64,000 nucleotides of DNA. It comes from Amoebophrya sp. A120 (taxonomy: Eukaryota; Protista; Dinoflagellata). The stretch's first letter is position 1; each line of letters begins with the position of its first letter. The position numbers were made by a program, and so were the translations under genes. The stretch covers positions 1,643,341 through 1,707,340 of the forward strand of contig CAJINV010000007.1 in NCBI GenBank assembly GCA_905178155.1, written 5' to 3'. Below the pieces are notes generated by a model. It was not told the DNA's origin. It made no database searches and saw only the letters and a list, made by a program, of their open reading frames with translations. Shown here in pieces: positions 58,009 through 64,000 of the stretch.

Positions 58009-61000
58009 ATGGCGACGCGCACAATAGTGAAGGAGACCCGGTCGCTTGACCACATCTACGACCCCGTACACACAACTTCCGCGCCCGCGGATCACAACAA
58101 ACTCACGGCCAGGGCACTGGCAGTGCAGTTCGAGAAGGTTCTACGGGACCTGCGTTTTTTTTTGTGATATTTTTAAAATTCAATTGAGTTGCATTGCCAT
58201 TCATTAACACTTGCACATGACACATTGCCATTACAACGTACCTTCGAAAAATATCAGGTTCCTGAAGCTGCGCACTACTTTTCCGAATTGAAGAATTACC
58301 CGAGTGCGACTCTACGACCAGGAAAAGCACGAGACAGCTTCTTACCAAGATATGTGGACCCAAATTGGGTATAGAAGCTTTGAGTTGCTGCACGAGTAGG
58401 GGGAGTTTTTCATCTTCCTTGTTTTTTGTTGTGTCGAATGGTGAGCAGATGCAGATGCTGGTTATGCGACAGCACTTTTGTCAAAATTTGAGACGGGGAT
58501 GTAATGCTAACCGTAGTTTGATATTGATATATAATCAGGCCCCCCGGCTCGACCCGGATGCCAACGCCACGCACGTCTTCGGGTCCGAGCGATTCAAATA
58601 CGACAAGCGACCACTCGTCAAGATGGGCGCATTTAATCCCGGAACGGGGCCGCAGCTTGTCATGTACCGCAACATCGCTTTTTCTGTTGCTGTTGCTAAT
58701 CTATTGTGCTATTTGTTCGTCTCATGCTGCTCATCCGGATCTGCGATGCAAACATTACTAGGGCAGTGGGGTGATCCTTTTCTGTCCCATGACTTTTCAG
58801 GTATGACATCCAGAAGGGCGGGATGATGTCGAAGCAGGGCACCATGCGGGGCAACATGACGATGGGCACGGTCATGCATCACGGGGCCACCAGAACAGTC
58901 GGAACGCAGTCGATGTACCGAGAATCAGAAGCGCAGACGACCCCGTATACACCAGATTTCGTCGCGCAGGACAACCCGGAGGTGTTGACGTTGAGAAATT
59001 TAACCTACGACAACGGCCTGCCCGCGTCGCTCTTCGAAGTGAAAATCATCGAAAGGACACGACAAAAGCGCCTGTTCGAGCAGATGCTGCCCCCAGCGAC
59101 GGACGAATTTAGTTTGAACGTAATTACTTATTCACTGCTGCGATGAGTATGAGTTTCAGGAAAGATGATTTTGATTCGCTCATAAGGCAGATCCACATGG
59201 CAGGTATGTTATGCTGCATAGCAAAATAACATTCTATCTTGCGCGATAATTTGCTTTCGATGCAAGACCAAGACAAATTAAATTTTTAGGTCCGCGCCCA
59301 GCTTCTGGAGCAGCAGGAGTTCAAGGAATGGGCCGAAAGGGAAAGGCAAATCATCCGACTGCAGGAAAGGAGGTTAGAACTCGTCAAACAGCTATTAGCA
59401 GAGCGGGAAGTCAAGAGACAGGTGGGTGCCTTTTTGGTTTATTTGTCGTGTTTCTCCAGGCCTGATCCTGATGAAGATTTGCATACAGCTTGCTTGTGAA
59501 GAGTGTTTTCTTGATCTCGATGGTGCGCAGAATGATTATGATATAACAAACCTCAACTACAACCACGCCAACTACAGTCCCGCAACGAAGCGAAAGTGGA
59601 GCGGCTCCGCGTGAAGAAGGCGGAAGAGAAGGACCGACTCTTCGCCGGGACGCAATACAGGAAAATAAAGCTTCTCCGGAAGATGTATACCGCTATGGCT
59701 AGGAATCAGCGGCCGGAGCACATCGGGGAAACGGTAGCGAGGTATCAGGATAAAGGCAGCACAACCTACGCACCCCTAATGCGGAACGGCCACAAACCAG
59801 ACTCAAATACCGCGAAGATTGAGGTAAGAAGCGATAATGTTTTTGTCGAAGTATTTTTCATCTAGGTGGATTCGATTGTGAATGAGATCTACACTAATAA
59901 GATGACGAGTATATAAAGTAGAGAGCCACAAATTGAAATTACATTTACACATACAGATTCAGCCCTCAGACCTGAAGTCTTACTCCAAGCTGCTCCAGCT
60001 GGAGCGGACCATGCCCGCGAGTGTATTGCTACCGCCAGACGTGCACCAGGAAGCACTTATATCCGAGACAAAGAGACAAGACCTCCCCGTGGTCGCTGCG
60101 CTTAACGAGGCGATGGCGCAAATTTCGGCGCAGTCGCCGGACATACATCTCGGGGAGAGTACTTGTTTTACTTACTGATCATGATTCAAGTTTTTCGGAA
60201 ACACGAGACTGTCGTGTTTCCAAAACAAAAGCGCAGGACACCAATTCAAGATCTGAAGTTTCAACTGCTGGTACCAATTCAAGAGCTAAGAACTTATTTT
60301 GCAGATGCGATGGAAAAAGCATTGGAATTCCATGCAAGAATAAAAATCAAAACTCATCAGCCGTCTACAACAAATCCGCTATTGACTCAACGGCAAAGAG
60401 CCCGAAGAGAAAAGCTAAAGAGACCGCGGTCATTGAAGAGGCGCCGCCAGAGGATGAGGAAAAAGCACAAGCGATTCTCCTGCTTCAAAGGGTGTTGCGC
60501 GGACGAGCAATACAAAATAGGATGTTTGAAGGTATTCTTATAAATTGTGTTTTCTGTAGAAATCTGGTGCGTTGGTTAGGTTGCGTGGAACAACGCGTTA
60601 AGTAACAAGATCGATACGGATATCTGCAGAATCCCAAAGCCACAAAAATGATAAACGCAAACCAGGTAAGGAGAAGAGGCTAGACCTCATCGAGGAGCTC
60701 CGCGCCAGCGAACAGCTGATGCAGTCCGCCGGCGAGGAAGACAAGGCTGCTGTGGAGAAGCTGCAACAACAGATTCTCGCAGAAGAGGAGCAGGACACGT
60801 TTGTCGGCAGCGTCGTTTCCAAAGCGCTGGACGATTTGTCAAAGGAGCTAGAGCGGTATAGAGAACAAGGCGAAATGTTTGCTATAATCAAAATAAATGA
60901 ATTTCTGATGCATCTTCACAATGTCAATGCATCGCACTTACTTTACAGATGTTGGAAGAATTCATCTTCATGCTGTCGTGCTACCATCACTTTGGATTTT

Positions 61001-61670
61001 CATTTATCATCATCCCAGGGTCCAGGAAATGCGCAGAATAGACGCTATGATGAAGCTCGCCGAACGCGAGCGCCGCATGCGACAAGCCGCCGAGGGTGGG
61101 CGAAGGCAGGCGGAAGAGAGGCTGAGAGCAAGAGAGGACGAAGTGTTCAGACAAGTCATGAAGGATGCGCACCAGGTACAGTTTGTGGATGAGTCAATTT
61201 ATTTCATTGGCCACCCATTTTTAAGTAATTTTATTTCCATGAGGATTAGGATGTTGGGTATTTCAACACAACGCAAATAAATGCTCACTTCGGTCTGTCT
61301 ATCATGCATAGCGCGCTGTAATGACGTCTATTGCACTCAAACATACAAACAGGGAACGGTCGACACTTACCTAGAGGAAATCCTCACTTCCTGCGTCGAA
61401 GCAAGCGCAAAGGAGCGCGCTCTCGCGGAGGCCAAAGCACAAGCGGAAAGGATTAACAGCGTCGTGGACGGTCTCGAGAAGGCGGGTGACGACGAAGGTT
61501 GCGTCAAAGAACTCGTCGAGTCCCTGGTCATTCCCCACGCGGAAAGGGAGCTGCTCCAGCGCCGGATCACCATCGAGTCCAAGCGGTTTATCGACGCGGC
61601 ACGCGGGGCGCTGGACTCCACGCTTGGCGAGGTCGAAAACACGCTGCGCGAGGACGGGAGCATCCAGTAA
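58009..61670 (+). CDS. CFAP91: Cilia- and flagella-associated protein 91 (MAATS1/AAT-1 family), multi-exon
   Basis: Family motifs DHIYDP, GSERFKYDKRP, VGTQSMYRESEAQTTPYTPD, PEVLTL..LTY..GLPA...EVKIIERTRQKR and [30 protein letters not shown], then ERERRMRQAAEGGRRQAEERLR; about ten GT-AG introns. Confidence 0.9.
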
Positions 61671-63363
61671 AAACGAAATGCTCAGGTGAGTAGCGTGGTT
61701 CTGGTGTCGTGTGCTATGTTTTTGAAATTAAATGGCAGACCTAGACTGTGAACTACCAAGCACGATTTCGTGGTCTTGTCCCACTTGTCGATTTACTAGC
61801 AACAGTTTCCAAAGAACGCAAACCTAGTGCAAAGGTACAGAATGAGGGCTGTGGTTACCAGCCACAGTTTTTCATCACCTGACTAGACCGAGATAGAAGT
61901 AGAAAATCAAAAGTCAAGAAATAAACCACAGTGAATATTACGTTTGATAGCAACTACGTTATCGCACAACTTTTGAATTGATAGCAATATTGTGTCGAGG
62001 TCTTCGATTTGATTGATAGCTTAAAACCAAATTTAACTCAGAACGGATAAACTACTAAAACCTGTAACAACAGACTGTTAACTCAATAGCTTTACGAGAG
62101 CAGCAGGTGGACGCCTACGATGGATTCGCTAAACGTGTTATCATGATAGCAACAAGATCCATTGTAGTTCTCGGTAGCTGCAACTCGAACAGATTTTATT
62201 TGATTGTGATACGATACGCAAAGCAGACTTCTGCGAAAGGAGCCTCGTAAACCGATTGGAGCGAATGACAGAATAGCACTGTACTTAAACACCTCCTGTA
62301 TAATAGCAGCCTGGAAGAGAGTCGTATCAGCTGAAGCTAAGAAAAATGAAAGGTAAAAACCAATTTTGTAAGGAGCAAGCCACTAGATTCCGAAGAGTTG
62401 TACAGAGGAGCACGACGATGCTGTGTGCCAGCTGCAGTTGCTTTTCTCATTTTGATAGATAGAAGAAAAAAAACAAAAAGCCAATCGGTTTGATTGAAAA
62501 TGCAAAATCTTTCGGTCTTGTCTTGCAGGCTTTCGTGTCTCCTGTTAACGAGAGAGAACGCAAGGTCGGTTCGTGCTGTGATGGAAAAATTGCAAGAAAT
62601 GCAATTCGTATTCGGTTCTATCGCTATCTTCGTTCGAACAGAAGGAGATGGAGAAGTCAGAGCTTTATCAATTCTGAGGAAATTTTTCGGTCTAACTATT
62701 GATGATTCGTCCAGCCGCTTGCTGATGTGATACCAATTCGTACAAAATCACTCATTCGTCGTTCAAGTTTTCACTACTTCGTGCGCGCAGTGGTCCTCCT
62801 GCGCAGGAGCTTCTGTCGACGTTTTCGTTAGAAGCCTACTTCATTTGAAAAATGATTTTCCGTATGATTCCTCGCAGTGTCGCGTGTATCCCATTTCTGG
62901 TACGTACTTTCGCGTATACTTGTTCTCTTCACAAATACCAAACCCAATTATTGTCTTAATTTTTTTGCAAATCCCAAACTCTTCTAAACTTAAATTCAGT
63001 CACCTCAATTGTTTATATTCCTTTCAACGCCAAGCATAGCCGCAACATGAGAAGCACGGCGCGCAAGTCGCCGTTTGCAGCAGGGAGAAATATTGAAGCG
63101 GTGGTGTGAGGAGCAACTAGCTGTACCCAAGAATTTTATTTTCAAGAACCGACGAAGACAGCCCCCACGGTTAGGACAAAACGTCTTCCTCTGTGACCAA
63201 TAGCAAGAAGCAGGCGGCAGCAAGTTCATCTACAGGCCAAGAGCAAGACGCAGCAGCAGCAGCAGCAGCAGCTTCTGGTTTTTTACCACAGGTGGATACA
63301 TCAACTAATTCGTCACAACTTGAAGACCAGTCCCCTCCTTTGAAACAACCCCGAAGCGCCACG

Positions 63364-63740
63364 ATGTTGAAGACAACATTCCTTCCCCAGTTCCAATTTA
63401 AGGGCGAGTCCCTGGCCCACCGGGTGATGTTCGCCGGGAATTTGCAGAAATTTCTGCAGGAGGTTCCCATGTTTAAGACGCTCCCCCCGGGCGACATTAA
63501 CCAGCTCGCGCAGCTGTGCGAGATCAAAACGTTTCCCCCGGGTACGGTATTGTTCAACTCCGGCGACCCCGGTGACTGCTTCTACCTCGTTCTGCAGGGC
63601 GAGGCGGAGGTACGGGTCGCGGACCATTCCTGGTTGAAGGTGGGCCAGGAAGCGCAGTTGGCGTGCCCCACGAAGATCGCGGGGCAAGTGTACCCGAAGG
63701 GAACCAAGGGGATTGTGGATAAATTCGACGGGAAGCGAGG
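63364..63740 (+). CDS. First exon of a cyclic-nucleotide-binding-domain protein (gene runs off the window)
   Basis: FLQEVPMFKTL....INQLA......FPPGTVLFNSGDPGDCFYLVLQGEAEV; probable donor GTATG at 63741. Confidence 0.8.
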
Positions 63741-64000
63741 GTATGATTTCATTTTCAGATTCACGTTTGATTTTCATTTACGTTTCTTCTACTTGCAGAG
63801 TTCGTTCTTGCATAAGCATGATAATTGATAAAGCAAGCAGGGATCTGCATCAAGGAGATACGTGTTGTATTGATCGACGCTTGTAGTCAAGAAGATCTCT
63901 GTGAAGGTGCACAAGAATTATGCGCACAGCACGACGGTACTACTAGTCGAATTACACTCGGAAATTATTAGGTCTAAATTGAAACCCGTTCTTGAATTAT

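Noticed and set aside
1-64000. tRNA, rRNA, spliced-leader relics, transposase or reverse transcriptase genes
   Set aside because: None recognised by eye; covariance-model and HMM searches were not possible, so absence is not proven.

Overview
Eukaryotic, gene-dense nuclear DNA; gene content and intron style point to an alveolate, most likely the parasitic syndinian dinoflagellate Amoebophrya (inference, not a database result). About 15 supportable protein genes all lie on the + strand. They include a T4-type (GH24) lysozyme, a multi-WW protein, two putative secreted UBX/ubiquitin-like proteins, an aegerolysin-like/J-domain/DnaJ-X protein, an Aurora-like kinase, a RAP/OPR-like protein, a RING-H2 protein, CFAP91 and a cNMP-binding protein. 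The main signal is eight short (109-271 bp) elements with terminal inverted repeats (TIRs; TAT...ATA ends) and 5-bp target-site duplications (TSDs). They form three families, all sit inside coding exons, and each family occurs in both orientations. Precise removal of element plus one TSD restores the protein, usually without a GT-AG pair (introner elements). There is also one decayed copy, ordinary GT-AG introns with T-rich 5' and A/C-rich 3' halves, a triple-palindrome array next to a (TTTTAGC)n satellite, and three unexplained GC-rich intergenic islands. Gene models are manual and untested by transcripts.
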